A DNA stretch of 43,689 nt from Clostridia bacterium (GCA_045576675.1 JAZNGX010000072.1:1-43689); one strand, 5' to 3'; positions 9,114 to 19,091 are shown, numbered from the stretch's first letter. Notes: generated by a model not told the origin, from the letters alone. Numbers and translations are program-made.

Positions 9114-10057
9114 TTGCTAAAATATTTACAATGTTAATAAGCTTTGCAGTGGCGGTTATAATCTCGCCGTTTATGATTAAGTTTTTAAGACGTGTTAAAT
9201 TTGGTCAGGAAATAAGAGAAATCGGTCCGTCATGGCACAGCAAAAAGCGTGGTACGCCAACAATGGGTGGTATTATATTTATAATGGCGGTTGTAGTTGC
9301 GTTGGCTTTTAATTATAAAAGCTTCAGTCCATCACTTGCAATTGTTGCTGCAGGGGCACTTGGTTTTGGTGTAATTGGATTTATTGATGACTTTATAAAG
9401 GTTGTTATGAAGCGTAATCTCGGACTTACATCGCTGCAGAAATTTTCAATGCAGCTTCTTGTTACCATAGCGGTTATACTTGTTGGACTGCATTACGGAG
9501 TAGTTTCTACTAATGTATATATCCCTTTTGTAAAAGTGTATGCAGATATGGGATGGCTTTACATACCATTTGCTATTTTTGTTGTTTTGGGAACTGTTAA
9601 CAGTGTTAATTTAACTGATGGCATTGATGGTCTTGCAACATCTGTAACAATTGTTGTAATGCTGTTTTTCGGTGTTGTGTTTGCTGAAAAAACAGATATA
9701 TCTGCTTTTGTAGATGCATTAATCGGTGGTTTGTTTGGCTTTTTGCTTTTCAATAAAAATCCTGCAAAGGTGTTTATGGGAGACACAGGTTCGCTGTTTT
9801 TAGGTGGAGCTGTTGCCGGGCTTGCTATAATATCAGAGAATCCACTTATACTTGTTCTTGTAGGCTTTGTGTATTTTGCTGAAACCTTATCAGTTATCCT
9901 GCAGGTTGCATCATTTAAGCTTACGGGCAAAAGAATTTTTAAAATGAGCCCGATACATCATCATTTTGAAATGAGTGGATGGAACGAAAAAAAGATTGTG
10001 CTTGTATTTACTATGGTTACTGCAGTGTTGGCAATTGTATCTTATATTGCGATTTAA
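9110..10057 (+). CDS. mraY: Phospho-MurNAc-pentapeptide transferase
   Basis: GTPTMGG, NLTDGIDGL, FMGDTGS, PIHHHFE. Confidence 0.97.
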   Translation: MIAKIFTMLISFAVAVIISPFMIKFLRRVKFGQEIREIGPSWHSKKRGTPTMGGIIFIMAVVVALAFNYKSFSPSLAIVAAGALGFGVIGFIDDFIKVVMKRNLGLTSLQKFSMQLLVTIAVILVGLHYGVVSTNVYIPFVKVYADMGWLYIPFAIFVVLGTVNSVNLTDGIDGLATSVTIVVMLFFGVVFAEKTDISAFVDALIGGLFGFLLFNKNPAKVFMGDTGSLFLGGAVAGLAIISENPLILVLVGFVYFAETLSVILQVASFKLTGKRIFKMSPIHHHFEMSGWNEKKIVLVFTMVTAVLAIVSYIAI

Positions 10058-10072
10058 AGGAGCAGATAAAAC

Positions 10073-11176
10073 GTGAAAAAAATAAAACATATTGATGTTT
10101 ATTTTCTGTTAACTGTACTGGTTTTGCTTGGGTTTGGGCTTATTATGATAATGTCTGCAAGCTCCGAGTGGTCACGCAATCTCAGCTATACCGGCGGCGA
10201 TGCGTTATATTATGCCAAAAGGCAGGCATTGTGGGCGTTTCTTGCTTTGCTGGCAATGGTGTTTTTTACGTTTTTTGATTATCACAGGCTTGGAAAGTTA
10301 TCTAATTTGATAATAGGCGCATCATTTGTATTGCTTTTGCTTGTTTTGCTTATCGGTACGGAGGCAAAGGGAGGTAAGCGTTGGATTGACCTTGGTTTTA
10401 TCAACTTTCAGCCGTCGGAAGTGGCGAAGGTTGCACTGATTATATTTTTTTCATACAATCTTGGTAAAAAAGAAGATCCGTTAAAGGAATTCTGGAACGG
10501 TCTTGTACCTAATCTTGCAATGCTTGGCGTGTTTTGCGGTCTTGTAATGCTTGAGCCGCACTTTAGTGCAACGATGCTTATCGGGCTTGTGTCGGTTGGT
10601 ATATTTTTTGTTGCGGGAGCACGCATTTCGCATTTGCTGATGCTTGGAATTCCTGCGGTAGTAGGTGCATTTGCATTAGTACGTACATCTGAATACAGAT
10701 GGCAGCGTGTTACTGCATTCTTAGACCCGTTTGCTGATAAGCTTGGTGACGGTTGGCAGAGTATTCAGTCGCTTTATGCAATTGGCAGTGGAGGCATATT
10801 CGGTTTAGGACTGGGGAAAAGCAGACAAAAGTTTTCGTATATTCCGGAGCCTCATAACGACTTTATATTCTCTATTTTGTGTGAAGAGCTTGGTTTTGTT
10901 GGTGCAACGCTTGTTATTTTGTTATTTGTCATACTTGTATGGCGTGGGGTTAAAATATCCCTTTCTGCACCCGACAAATTCGGCAGCTATCTGGCTATTG
11001 GAATAATGATGATGATTGCGTTTCAGGTAATTATTAATATTGCGGTTGTAACGTCATCAATGCCTGTTACAGGTATGCCGCTTCCGTTTTTTAGTTATGG
11101 AGGCACATCGCTTGTTATTATAATGAGCTGTATGGGTATAATGCTTAATATTTCGTCACATTCTAAAGGAGTTTGA
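10073..11176 (+). CDS. ftsW: SEDS peptidoglycan glycosyltransferase FtsW/SpoVE
   Basis: RW, FQPSE, PEPHNDFIFS, LPFFSYGGTS. Confidence 0.92.
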   Translation: MKKIKHIDVYFLLTVLVLLGFGLIMIMSASSEWSRNLSYTGGDALYYAKRQALWAFLALLAMVFFTFFDYHRLGKLSNLIIGASFVLLLLVLLIGTEAKGGKRWIDLGFINFQPSEVAKVALIIFFSYNLGKKEDPLKEFWNGLVPNLAMLGVFCGLVMLEPHFSATMLIGLVSVGIFFVAGARISHLLMLGIPAVVGAFALVRTSEYRWQRVTAFLDPFADKLGDGWQSIQSLYAIGSGGIFGLGLGKSRQKFSYIPEPHNDFIFSILCEELGFVGATLVILLFVILVWRGVKISLSAPDKFGSYLAIGIMMMIAFQVIINIAVVTSSMPVTGMPLPFFSYGGTSLVIIMSCMGIMLNISSHSKGV

Positions 11177-11181
11177 TTTGT

Positions 11182-12285
11182 ATGCGAGTAATATGTGCGG
11201 GTGGTGGAACAGCAGGTCATATTAATCCTGCACTGGCTATTGCAAAGCACATTGCTGCAAATGATAAAAACAGTGAGTTTTTGTTTATCGGCACAAAAAA
11301 AGGTATGGAAAAAACACTTGTGCCAAAATCAGGCTTTGATATTGAATTTATTGAGGTTGAAGGGTTTTCAAGAAGTCTTACACCGTCAAATATAAAGGTT
11401 GTAATCAAAGCGGCAGTGTCTGTGCTTAAAGCGAAAAAGATAATAAAACATTTTAATCCCGATATTGTAATCGGCACAGGCGGATATGTATCAGGTCCTG
11501 TTTTGTTTGCGGCTTCAATGCTTAAAATCCCAACTCTTATTCACGAGCAAAATGTTTTTGCGGGAATGACAAGCCGTATGTTAAGTGGTAGAGTTGATAC
11601 AACCTGTATAAGTTTTGAAGCAAGTGCTTCCGCTTTTCCAAACGCTAAAAAGCTTGTGCTTACAGGTAATCCTATACGTGGAGAAATTTTTAATGTAACT
11701 AAAAAAGCGGCAAAGGAAAAGCTTGGTGCTGACAGCCGTCCGTTCATAGCAGTGTTTGGAGGAAGCCTTGGTGCAAAAGTTTTGAATGAGGCAATAATAA
11801 AGTTTATCAAAGCTTCGCATTATGACAAAAGCTTTCAGTTGCTTTTTGCAACGGGTGAACGTTGGTATGATGATGTTATGACAGAGCTTGGTGATAGCTT
11901 GCCTGATAATATTAAGGTTGTTCCGTATATATATGATATGGAAAATGTTATGAATGGCGCTGATTTGCTTGTGTGCAGGTCAGGTGCTATAACGCTTAGT
12001 GAAATTACTGCACTCGGAAAAGCATCTGTCTTAATTCCGTCGCCTAATGTTACAGATAATCATCAGTATCATAACGCAATGGCACTGGCTGATAATGGTG
12101 CAGCAGTGGTTGTTACAGAAGAGCAGCTTGAAAAGGACAGCGGGTTGCTTAATAGTACGATTAAAGCACTGCTTTCAGACAAAGAAAAGCTTGTGAATAT
12201 GGAGCAGCAATCGGCAGAAATGGGAATCAAAGATGGTTGTGAAAGAATATATAATGAAGTGAATTTACTTATCAGAGAGAATTAG
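11182..12285 (+). CDS. murG: Lipid II GlcNAc transferase
   Basis: GGGTAGHI, GTGGYVS, HEQN, GNPIR, GGSLGA, HQYHNA. Confidence 0.97.
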   Translation: MRVICAGGGTAGHINPALAIAKHIAANDKNSEFLFIGTKKGMEKTLVPKSGFDIEFIEVEGFSRSLTPSNIKVVIKAAVSVLKAKKIIKHFNPDIVIGTGGYVSGPVLFAASMLKIPTLIHEQNVFAGMTSRMLSGRVDTTCISFEASASAFPNAKKLVLTGNPIRGEIFNVTKKAAKEKLGADSRPFIAVFGGSLGAKVLNEAIIKFIKASHYDKSFQLLFATGERWYDDVMTELGDSLPDNIKVVPYIYDMENVMNGADLLVCRSGAITLSEITALGKASVLIPSPNVTDNHQYHNAMALADNGAAVVVTEEQLEKDSGLLNSTIKALLSDKEKLVNMEQQSAEMGIKDGCERIYNEVNLLIREN

Positions 12286-12309
12286 GCATAGCTGCCAATT
12301 CTCTTTTTT
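12275..12309 (+). terminator. Terminator-like hairpin overlapping the murG stop
   Basis: AGAGAATT-A-GGCA-TAGC-TGCC-AATTCTCT followed by Ts. Confidence 0.6.
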
Positions 12310-12398
12310 GTTTACATAAATTCACCCTTTAGCCATATATTTTGCATTGAAAGAGTATTTGATATAAAGTAAAATATAGAGTCATAAGGGGGGATTAT

Positions 12399-13244
12399 GT
12401 GAAATTTACAAAAAAACTAAAAAAATTAGTATTTACAGCTGTGGTGGCTTTAGGAATTGGCGGAGTAAGCTCTTTTGCTTACGACGTACCTGTTTGTGTA
12501 ACTGTCAACAACAGCTATATTGAAATGGCTGAAGAGCCGTTTTTGGAAAACGGTATAACATATGTTCCACTCAGATTTTTAAGCGATGTTTTTAATGCCG
12601 AAAATGTGAGATGGAATTCACAAACAAAGCAGGCGAGCGTTTTGTTTGACGGAAAAAACATTGTTGTTACTGAAAATAGTGATATTGCATCAGTTGACGG
12701 CAACAGTGTAAAAATGAATGGTGAAGCGATTATAAGAAATGGTAGATTGTTTGTTCCTGTAAGGTTTTTTGCTGAAAGCTTTGGTGCAGATGTTAACTGG
12801 AAGCAAAAATACTATAGGGCGGAAATTAATAAAGATGGCGTTGTTTTGCCTGATGATGTTATAGAACAACGCAGTTATAATGATGACCATATTTACTGGC
12901 TTGCTAAAATAATTCACTGTGAAAGTGAGTCAGAAAGCATTAAAGGTAAAATCGGCGTAGGGAATGTTATAGTAAACAGGGTGCTGAGTGACGAGTTTCC
13001 CGACACTATTTATAAGGTTATTTTTGATACAAAATACGGAGTTCAGTTCCAACCTGTGTTAAACGGTACAATATATAAAGAGCCGGGCGGTGAATCATAT
13101 ATGGCTGCCAAGCTTGTTCTGGAGGGCGAAAACACTGCCGGTAACAGCCTTTATTTTTTAAATCCGAGAATTGCAACAAATTTCTGGATTGTAAACAATA
13201 GGGTTTTCTATACGAGTATAGGTAATCACGATTTTTATCTTTAA
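12399..13244 (+). CDS. Cell wall hydrolase, SleB/CwlJ (Hydrolase_2) family, with N-terminal copper-amine-oxidase-like stalk domain
   Basis: Signal peptide; TYVPLRF and LFVPVRF stalk repeats; LAKIIHCES, VGNVIVNRV, FPDTI, QFQPV, IGNHDF catalytic domain. Confidence 0.88.
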   Translation: MKFTKKLKKLVFTAVVALGIGGVSSFAYDVPVCVTVNNSYIEMAEEPFLENGITYVPLRFLSDVFNAENVRWNSQTKQASVLFDGKNIVVTENSDIASVDGNSVKMNGEAIIRNGRLFVPVRFFAESFGADVNWKQKYYRAEINKDGVVLPDDVIEQRSYNDDHIYWLAKIIHCESESESIKGKIGVGNVIVNRVLSDEFPDTIYKVIFDTKYGVQFQPVLNGTIYKEPGGESYMAAKLVLEGENTAGNSLYFLNPRIATNFWIVNNRVFYTSIGNHDFYL

Positions 13245-13247
13245 AAC

Positions 13248-13288
13248 AAAAACCGATGTTTCGTAGCGATACGATGCATCGGTTTTTC
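13248..13288 (+). terminator. Terminator-like hairpin after the hydrolase gene
   Basis: AAAAACCGATG...CATCGGTTTTT. Confidence 0.7.
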
Positions 13289-13317
13289 TTGACATTGCAG
13301 GCTTTTGTTAATATAAT
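13289..13317 (+). promoter_or_regulatory. Consensus sigmaA promoter
   Basis: TTGACA-N17-TATAAT. Confidence 0.8.
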
Positions 13318-13341
13318 GTATATGTTTTAATGGAGGGAACT

Positions 13342-13750
13342 ATGAAAATACAATTATCTGACCATTTTAATTATAAAAATTGGAGTGATTTCTGTTGTAA
13401 TGTTTGTGATTGCAGAGGCCTTTGCATATCCGCTTTCATATCTTTTTGTAGGATATGACAGTGTGCTTATGTCGCTGACCTTAAGAGGCTTTCTGATTTA
13501 CTCGTTCACGTTCTTGTTTTCCGGCTTTGCAATATTCGGCTCTGCTTTTTTTACTGCTTTGAATGACGGTCTTACTTCTGCGGTAATATCGTTTTTAAGA
13601 ACTATGGTTTTTCAGGTTATTGCGGTAATCGTATTTCCAATGCTGTGGGAAATGGATGGCATATGGATATCGGTGATTGCGGCAGAGATGATGTCTGTAA
13701 TAATAACTTTGATGTTTTTGAAACGGAAACGGTTGTATTATGGGTATTGA
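13342..13750 (+). pseudogene. MATE family efflux transporter remnant (large internal deletion plus frameshift)
   Basis: SD GGAGGG + ATG 13342 gives MKIQLSDHFNYK, which I recognise as a clostridial MATE N-terminus; it joins out of frame to a ~120-codon MATE C-terminus (FFTALNDG..SAVISFLRT..GIW...AE). Confidence 0.75.
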
Positions 13751-13769
13751 AGAAAAAACAAAAAAACTC

Positions 13770-13798
13770 TTGACAATATAAAAATTGTGTGTTATTAT
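13770..13798 (+). promoter_or_regulatory. sigmaA promoter of infC-rpmI-rplT
   Basis: TTGACA-N17-TATTAT. Confidence 0.7.
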
Positions 13799-13805
13799 TT
13801 ATCAG

Positions 13806-13934
13806 TAAAGCAGAAGTTATCCGCAGATTCTTCTCACCGTACGGACTTTGATGATTTGTTACGGTTGCGTATTTTAACTTTATTTTTATGCGTATTTTTG
13901 GCGGATGGCTTATGCTATCCGCTTTATTTTTTTT
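13806..13934 (+). ncRNA. Ribosomal protein L20 leader
   Basis: AAGCAGAAG...CTTCTCACC 5' motif; terminator GGCGGATGGC-TTAT-GCTATCCGCT + T-tract; TATCCGC near 13819 can pair with the terminator 5' arm; upstream of infC. Confidence 0.8.
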
Positions 13935-13945
13935 GGGAGGTGCGC

Positions 13946-14464
13946 ATTATCAGCAAGGAAGTTTTAATCAATGAAAAAATCAGGGATCCTGAAATTCGCC
14001 TTATTGGCAGTGATGGAGAACAGCTTGGTATTGTTTCGGCAGAAAAGGCTTTGGAAATAGCTATATCAAAAAATCTTGATTTAGTTAAGATTGCTCCGCA
14101 GGCTAAGCCGCCGGTATGCAAAATTATGGATTACGGCAAATATCGCTTTGAAATGGCAAAGCGTGAAAAAGAACAGCGTAAAAACCAGAAGGTTGTTAAT
14201 GTTAAGGAGCTTCGTTTAACACCTAATATTGATGACCATGATTTTTTCACTAAAGTTAATAATGCAATTAAATTCTTAAAAAGCGGTGACAAGGTTAAGG
14301 TTTCTGTCCGCTTCAGAGGTAGAGAGGTTACTCACGCTTCTTTGGGAGAGGCTATACTTGTTCGTTTCGGCGAGGCTGTTGAAGAGCATGGTGTAGTTGA
14401 TAAAAAGCCGAAGCTGGAAGGCAGAAATATGGCAATGTTTATATCGCCAAAGGGTGATAAATAA
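13946..14464 (+). CDS. infC: Translation initiation factor IF-3 (ATT start)
   Basis: INEKIR, LDLVKIAP.AKPPVCKIMDYGK, GDKVKVSVRFRGRE; SD GGGAGGTG precedes in-frame ATT 13946. Confidence 0.95.
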   Translation: MISKEVLINEKIRDPEIRLIGSDGEQLGIVSAEKALEIAISKNLDLVKIAPQAKPPVCKIMDYGKYRFEMAKREKEQRKNQKVVNVKELRLTPNIDDHDFFTKVNNAIKFLKSGDKVKVSVRFRGREVTHASLGEAILVRFGEAVEEHGVVDKKPKLEGRNMAMFISPKGDK

Positions 14465-14496
14465 ATTAGTTTAAACAACGAAAGGGGTTGTAATAA

Positions 14497-14697
14497 ATGG
14501 CAAATAAAATCAAGACTCACAGAGGTGCGGCTAAAAGATTTAGCTTAACTGCAAAGGGTAAGGTAAAAAGAGGTCAGGCTTTCCGCAGCCATATCTTAAA
14601 CAAGAAGACAACAAAGAGAAAAAGAGGTTTGCGTAAATCTGCTTATGCTTCAACTGCAAACGCAGCAGTTATCAAAAAGTTAATTCCATATAAATAA
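14497..14697 (+). CDS. rpmI: 50S ribosomal protein L35
   Basis: [25 protein letters not shown]. Confidence 0.97.
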   Translation: MANKIKTHRGAAKRFSLTAKGKVKRGQAFRSHILNKKTTKRKRGLRKSAYASTANAAVIKKLIPYK

Positions 14698-14733
14698 TAT
14701 GGTTATCTACGAGAATTAAGGAGGAACATAGAA

Positions 14734-15090
14734 ATGGCTAGAGTAAAAGGTGCATTAAACACCAGAAAAAGACATAAAAAGGTATTAAAGCTTGCCAAAG
14801 GTTACAGAGGTTCAAGACATACTTTGTTTAAAACTGCAAACGAAGCAGTTATGAAAGCATTAAAGCACGCATATATCGGCAGAAAGCTTAAGAAAAGAGA
14901 TTTCAGACAGCTTTGGATTGCAAGAATTAATGCAGCAGCTCGTGCAAACGGTTGCAATTACAGCACAATGATGAATGGTCTTAAAAAAGCTGGAATCAGC
15001 ATCAATCGTAAAATGTTAGCTGAAATCGCAGTATCAGATGCAGCAGCATTTGCAAAATTGGCTGAACAGGCTATGGCAGCAAGAAAATAA
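14734..15090 (+). CDS. rplT: 50S ribosomal protein L20
   Basis: [31 protein letters not shown]. Confidence 0.98.
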   Translation: MARVKGALNTRKRHKKVLKLAKGYRGSRHTLFKTANEAVMKALKHAYIGRKLKKRDFRQLWIARINAAARANGCNYSTMMNGLKKAGISINRKMLAEIAVSDAAAFAKLAEQAMAARK

Positions 15091-15099
15091 TGAAAGTTT

Positions 15100-15143
15100 A
15101 AAGGGGTCGCTTGTAAGTATGAATAATAAAGCGTTCCCTTTTT
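15100..15143 (+). terminator. Terminator-like hairpin after rplT
   Basis: AAAGGGGTCGCTT...AAGCGTTCCCTTTTT, imperfect stem with large loop. Confidence 0.45.
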
Positions 15144-15213
15144 GCATAATATATGATACAAGCTTTAAGTTAATTCTTTTGCTGATATGCTGCGATGAAT
15201 GAAGGTGATTATT

Positions 15214-16584
15214 ATGCCCGGTCCAAAATCGTTTGTACGTTTGGCAATTCGTTTTTATAAGCCGCAATCATTGCTTATTATTTTTGCGGCAATAATTCTT
15301 ATAGGTGCTGCTCTTTTGTGCCTGCCTGTTGCAAGCCGTAACGGTGAAAGTGTAGGCTTTATTGATGCACTGTTTACTGCAACCAGTGCCACGTGTGTAA
15401 CAGGTCTTATAGTGGTTGACACGTTTAATCACTGGACATTGTTTGGTCAGCTTGTTATTATTTCTCTTATTCAAACGGGTGGTCTTGGTGTTATGACGAT
15501 TGCTACGCTTTTTTCTTTGGTTACAAAGAGGGCAATTAATTATAACGAACGTTTGTTTATTCAGGAAAGTCTTAATGTTGATACTGCATCAGGAATTATC
15601 CGTATGACAAAGCATATAATAATAGGAACCTTTATTATTGAGCTTGCAGGTGCGTTAATGTACAGCTTTGTGTTTATACCTGAATTTGGTTTGGGTATGG
15701 GAATTTACAAGTCGGTGTTCACTGCAATATCGGCTTTTTGTAATGCCGGTTTTGACCTTATGGGTAATTACGGAGATTTTTCAAATATGATGCCGTTTGC
15801 AGATAATGTTCATATAAATATTACCACAATGACGTTAATACTTATCGGCGGCATAGGTTTTGTTGTGTGGGAAGAAATATTAAAGCACAAAAGGCATCAG
15901 CGATTTTCGTTGCATACAAAGATTGTTCTTATTATGACAGTTATTTTGTTTGTTACGGGAACTGTTATGTTTTTGAGCTTTGAATATCATAACCCCGAAA
16001 CAATTGGCGGTTTAACATTTGGTAATAAGCTTTTAAAAAGTATGTTTCAATCTGTTACATTAAGAACTGCAGGTTTCAACACTGTTGATATAAATTCACT
16101 GACTGAAACATCAAAATTCTTTTCAGTAATTCTGATGTTTATTGGTGCCTGCCCCGGCTCTACTGGTGGCGGAATAAAGGTTACAACTGTTTTTGTTTTG
16201 GGAGCGGTTTTGCACAATGTTATAAATGGAAGAAATGATATTGTTGCATTTAAACGCACAATATCATATAATACTGTTATGCGTTCGATTGCGATTTTAT
16301 TTATTGGCTTGATTGTTGTAACGGTGGGTAGCATAATTCTTTCGTTTAACCAGGACGCACCTTTTATTGATGTGCTGTTTGAAACTGTTTCGGCATTTGG
16401 CACTGTTGGAATCACAACTGGTCTTACGGAAAAGCTGAATGTTATAAGCAAGCTTACGCTGATTGTTATTATGTATTTTGGGCGCGTTGGCGTTCTTACC
16501 GTTGCATTTATATTTGCCCGTAAAACGAAATCGGGCGGAATTAACAGGGTTAAGTATCCTGATGGCAGAATTATGGTTGGGTAG
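15214..16584 (+). CDS. ktrB: Ktr/Trk potassium uptake membrane subunit
   Basis: Four pore loops SATCVTGL, SAFCNAGF, TLRTAGF, SAFGTVG; start by SD GAAGGTG. Confidence 0.9.
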   Translation: MPGPKSFVRLAIRFYKPQSLLIIFAAIILIGAALLCLPVASRNGESVGFIDALFTATSATCVTGLIVVDTFNHWTLFGQLVIISLIQTGGLGVMTIATLFSLVTKRAINYNERLFIQESLNVDTASGIIRMTKHIIIGTFIIELAGALMYSFVFIPEFGLGMGIYKSVFTAISAFCNAGFDLMGNYGDFSNMMPFADNVHINITTMTLILIGGIGFVVWEEILKHKRHQRFSLHTKIVLIMTVILFVTGTVMFLSFEYHNPETIGGLTFGNKLLKSMFQSVTLRTAGFNTVDINSLTETSKFFSVILMFIGACPGSTGGGIKVTTVFVLGAVLHNVINGRNDIVAFKRTISYNTVMRSIAILFIGLIVVTVGSIILSFNQDAPFIDVLFETVSAFGTVGITTGLTEKLNVISKLTLIVIMYFGRVGVLTVAFIFARKTKSGGINRVKYPDGRIMVG

Positions 16585-16592
16585 GTGAAACA

Positions 16593-17243
16593 ATGAATAA
16601 TTTTGTAGTTATAGGTCTTGGTCGTTTTGGCACTGCAATCGCACAAAATCTCTATGAGATGGGCTATGAGGTGCTGGCACTTGATAAAAACAAAGATCTT
16701 GTGGATGAAATTTCTGACTGCGTTACAAATGCTATTGCTGTTGATGTTACTGATGAGGCGGCATTAAAAACTCTTGGCATCAGAAATTTCAGTGTTGCAA
16801 TTATTGCAATAGGCAGTGATATGGAAACAAGTATTCTTACTACCGTTATTTTGCGTGACCTTGGAGTTCCATATATAATAGCAAAGGCACAGAGTGATAT
16901 ACACGCAAAGGTTTTGAAAAAAATTGGTGCAGATAAGGTTATATTCCCTGAAAAAGATATGGCAATACGTGTTGCATATAACATTGTTGCCGGAAATGTG
17001 CTTGATTATATTGCACTTTCACCTAACTATGGTATTGTGGGAATTAATGTTCCGCAAAGCTGGGTTGGTCATTCACTGGTGCAGCTTAATCTTCGTGCAA
17101 GGCACGGAATAAATGTTATTGCCGTTAATCACGGTGAGGATGATATTACGGTTTCACCTGATGCATCTTATGTGTTTAAAGATGGTGATGTTGCTGTGAT
17201 ATTAGGAAAAGACGTTAACGTTGATGAGTTGAATAAGATATGA
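16593..17243 (+). CDS. ktrA: Ktr/Trk potassium uptake RCK subunit
   Basis: VIGLGRFG nucleotide-binding motif, IGADKVIFPE, RCK_C domain. Confidence 0.9.
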   Translation: MNNFVVIGLGRFGTAIAQNLYEMGYEVLALDKNKDLVDEISDCVTNAIAVDVTDEAALKTLGIRNFSVAIIAIGSDMETSILTTVILRDLGVPYIIAKAQSDIHAKVLKKIGADKVIFPEKDMAIRVAYNIVAGNVLDYIALSPNYGIVGINVPQSWVGHSLVQLNLRARHGINVIAVNHGEDDITVSPDASYVFKDGDVAVILGKDVNVDELNKI

Positions 17244-17971
17244 TTAAGAAAATTACTTCTGCTGATAATAATACATTAAAGCAGGTTAAAAAATTACAGA
17301 AAAAAAGTGAACGTATTAAAACCGGGCTGTTTGTTGCAGAGGGTAAGCGTATTGTTGAAGATGCAATAAAAGCCGGAGTTGTGGAGTTTATAATAACGTG
17401 TGATGAAAGTGTTGACTTTGAAAACACCTATCTTGTAAACCGTTCGCTTTACGAAAAAGTGTCTGACACAAAATCGCCGCAGGGGATAATGGCGGTTTGT
17501 CGGCTTCCTGAACAAAACGGTACAGCTTTTGATGGTAATATCGTTATTTGTGATGGCGTTAAAGACCCCGGAAACCTTGGCACGGTTATAAGAACTGCAG
17601 AATGTGCCGGTTTTGGTGCTGTGCTTTTGATAAACGATTGTGTTGACCCTTATAACCCAAAGGTTGTCCGTTCAACGATGGGGTCGGTTTTTCGTATGCC
17701 TGTTATTGAATGTGATATTGAATATATAAAGGCTTTAAAGTCATATACATTGGCAGTTACAATGCTTGATGGTGCTGTGGACATATTTAAGGCTGATTTT
17801 AAGGAAAAGGTCGCACTTGTTATTGGCAGTGAGGCAAATGGTGCATCTGATGATATTAAGATGATGGCACAATTGCCTGTGAAAATACCTATGTGCGGTC
17901 AGGCAGAATCAATAAATGCGGCTGTTGCGGCAGGAATAGCTATGTACGCCGTAAAAAATGCTACGGAGTAA
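17240..17971 (+). CDS. TrmH/SpoU family RNA methyltransferase
   Basis: DPGNLGTVIRTA, GSEANG, IPMCGQAESINAAVA SPOUT motifs. Confidence 0.92.
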   Translation: MIKKITSADNNTLKQVKKLQKKSERIKTGLFVAEGKRIVEDAIKAGVVEFIITCDESVDFENTYLVNRSLYEKVSDTKSPQGIMAVCRLPEQNGTAFDGNIVICDGVKDPGNLGTVIRTAECAGFGAVLLINDCVDPYNPKVVRSTMGSVFRMPVIECDIEYIKALKSYTLAVTMLDGAVDIFKADFKEKVALVIGSEANGASDDIKMMAQLPVKIPMCGQAESINAAVAAGIAMYAVKNATE

Positions 17972-17975
17972 TAAA

Positions 17976-19091
17976 ATGAATGAGTTATTATATAAGGTCT
18001 GGTTTTTGACACTTAAGGGCTTTCGATATGAACGGCTTATCAAAATATATGATGCTGCAGGCAGCTGCAAGGCAATATATGAAGCCGGAGAAGAATTAAA
18101 AGAATCACTTGGATTAAGTGATTTTGAAGCTGTGCAGATAATGCACAAAAACACTGATAAAGCAGACAAGATTATTTCTGATTGTCAAAAAGAGGGCATT
18201 CGGATTATAACTATGCTTGATGACACCTATCCCAATATGCTTAAAAACATTTCGCATCCGCCAAGAATTTTGTATGTCAAGGGCTGTGAGATGGATTTTA
18301 ATAATATTGTTACCGTAACTGTTGTCGGTTCAAGGCAACCAACTTATTATGGCGACAAAATAAGCTTCAAGCTTGGTTACGACCTTGCAAAAGAAGGCGT
18401 TGTAATCGTTAGTGGGATGGCACGCGGCATTGACAGTCAGTCTCAAAGAGGCTCTCTTAAAGCGGGAGGAAAAACTATTGCTGTTCTTGGTACAGGCTGT
18501 GACATAGTATATCCTCCGGAAAATAAAGAATTAAAGAAAATTATCGAAGCAAACGGATGCGTTATTTCAGAATATCCGCCCGGAACCCGTGTGATGCGTG
18601 GCAGCTTTCCTGACAGAAACAGGATAATGAGCGGCCTTGCAATGGGAGTAATAGTTGTTGAGGGTGGATATCACAGTGGAACAAGTATTACAACAAGGCT
18701 TGCGGCAGAACAAGGCAGAGAATTGTTTTGCGTACCGGGTAATATTGACAGTCCGCTCAGCTATATACCTAATTCCTGTATTAAAGACGGTTGCCCTGCT
18801 ATAACTACGGCTGAGGATGTTATTATCGGTCTTACGGGAATTTATCCTGAGCTTATGCTTGACAAAATTTTAAAGGATGAAGCAGAGCGTGCTTCAGAAT
18901 CTGTTGCGGATAAGCTTAACAGGGAGCAAAAGAAAATAATATCTGTATTAAGTAAAAATACACCAATGCATATAGATGAGATTTGCATTAAAGCCTCGCT
19001 TGATGCTGCGGTGGTTAATCAAAATATATTAATGCTCGAAGTCAATAAGCTTGTGGCATCAATGCCCGGCAGAAACTATATTTTACGTTGA
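17976..19091 (+). CDS. dprA: DNA processing protein DprA
   Basis: VGSR, IVSGMARGID, FPDRNRIMSGL, C-terminal winged-helix-like region; start by SD GGAG. Confidence 0.95.
   Translation: MNELLYKVWFLTLKGFRYERLIKIYDAAGSCKAIYEAGEELKESLGLSDFEAVQIMHKNTDKADKIISDCQKEGIRIITMLDDTYPNMLKNISHPPRILYVKGCEMDFNNIVTVTVVGSRQPTYYGDKISFKLGYDLAKEGVVIVSGMARGIDSQSQRGSLKAGGKTIAVLGTGCDIVYPPENKELKKIIEANGCVISEYPPGTRVMRGSFPDRNRIMSGLAMGVIVVEGGYHSGTSITTRLAAEQGRELFCVPGNIDSPLSYIPNSCIKDGCPAITTAEDVIIGLTGIYPELMLDKILKDEAERASESVADKLNREQKKIISVLSKNTPMHIDEICIKASLDAAVVNQNILMLEVNKLVASMPGRNYILR

Noticed and set aside
12314-12341. sigmaE-like promoter (ATA...CATATATT) before the SleB/CwlJ-type gene
   Set aside because: Plausible for a spore hydrolase, but spacing is imperfect and the motif is too degenerate in AT-rich DNA to call
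13342-13458. 38-aa six-cysteine peptide (ranthipeptide-like)
   Set aside because: The cysteines come from reading hydrophobic MATE codons out of frame after the deletion junction; no radical SAM gene nearby
15091-15213. c-di-AMP riboswitch upstream of ktrB-ktrA
   Set aside because: The region is short and AT-rich, and I see no conserved riboswitch motifs, only a terminator-like stem
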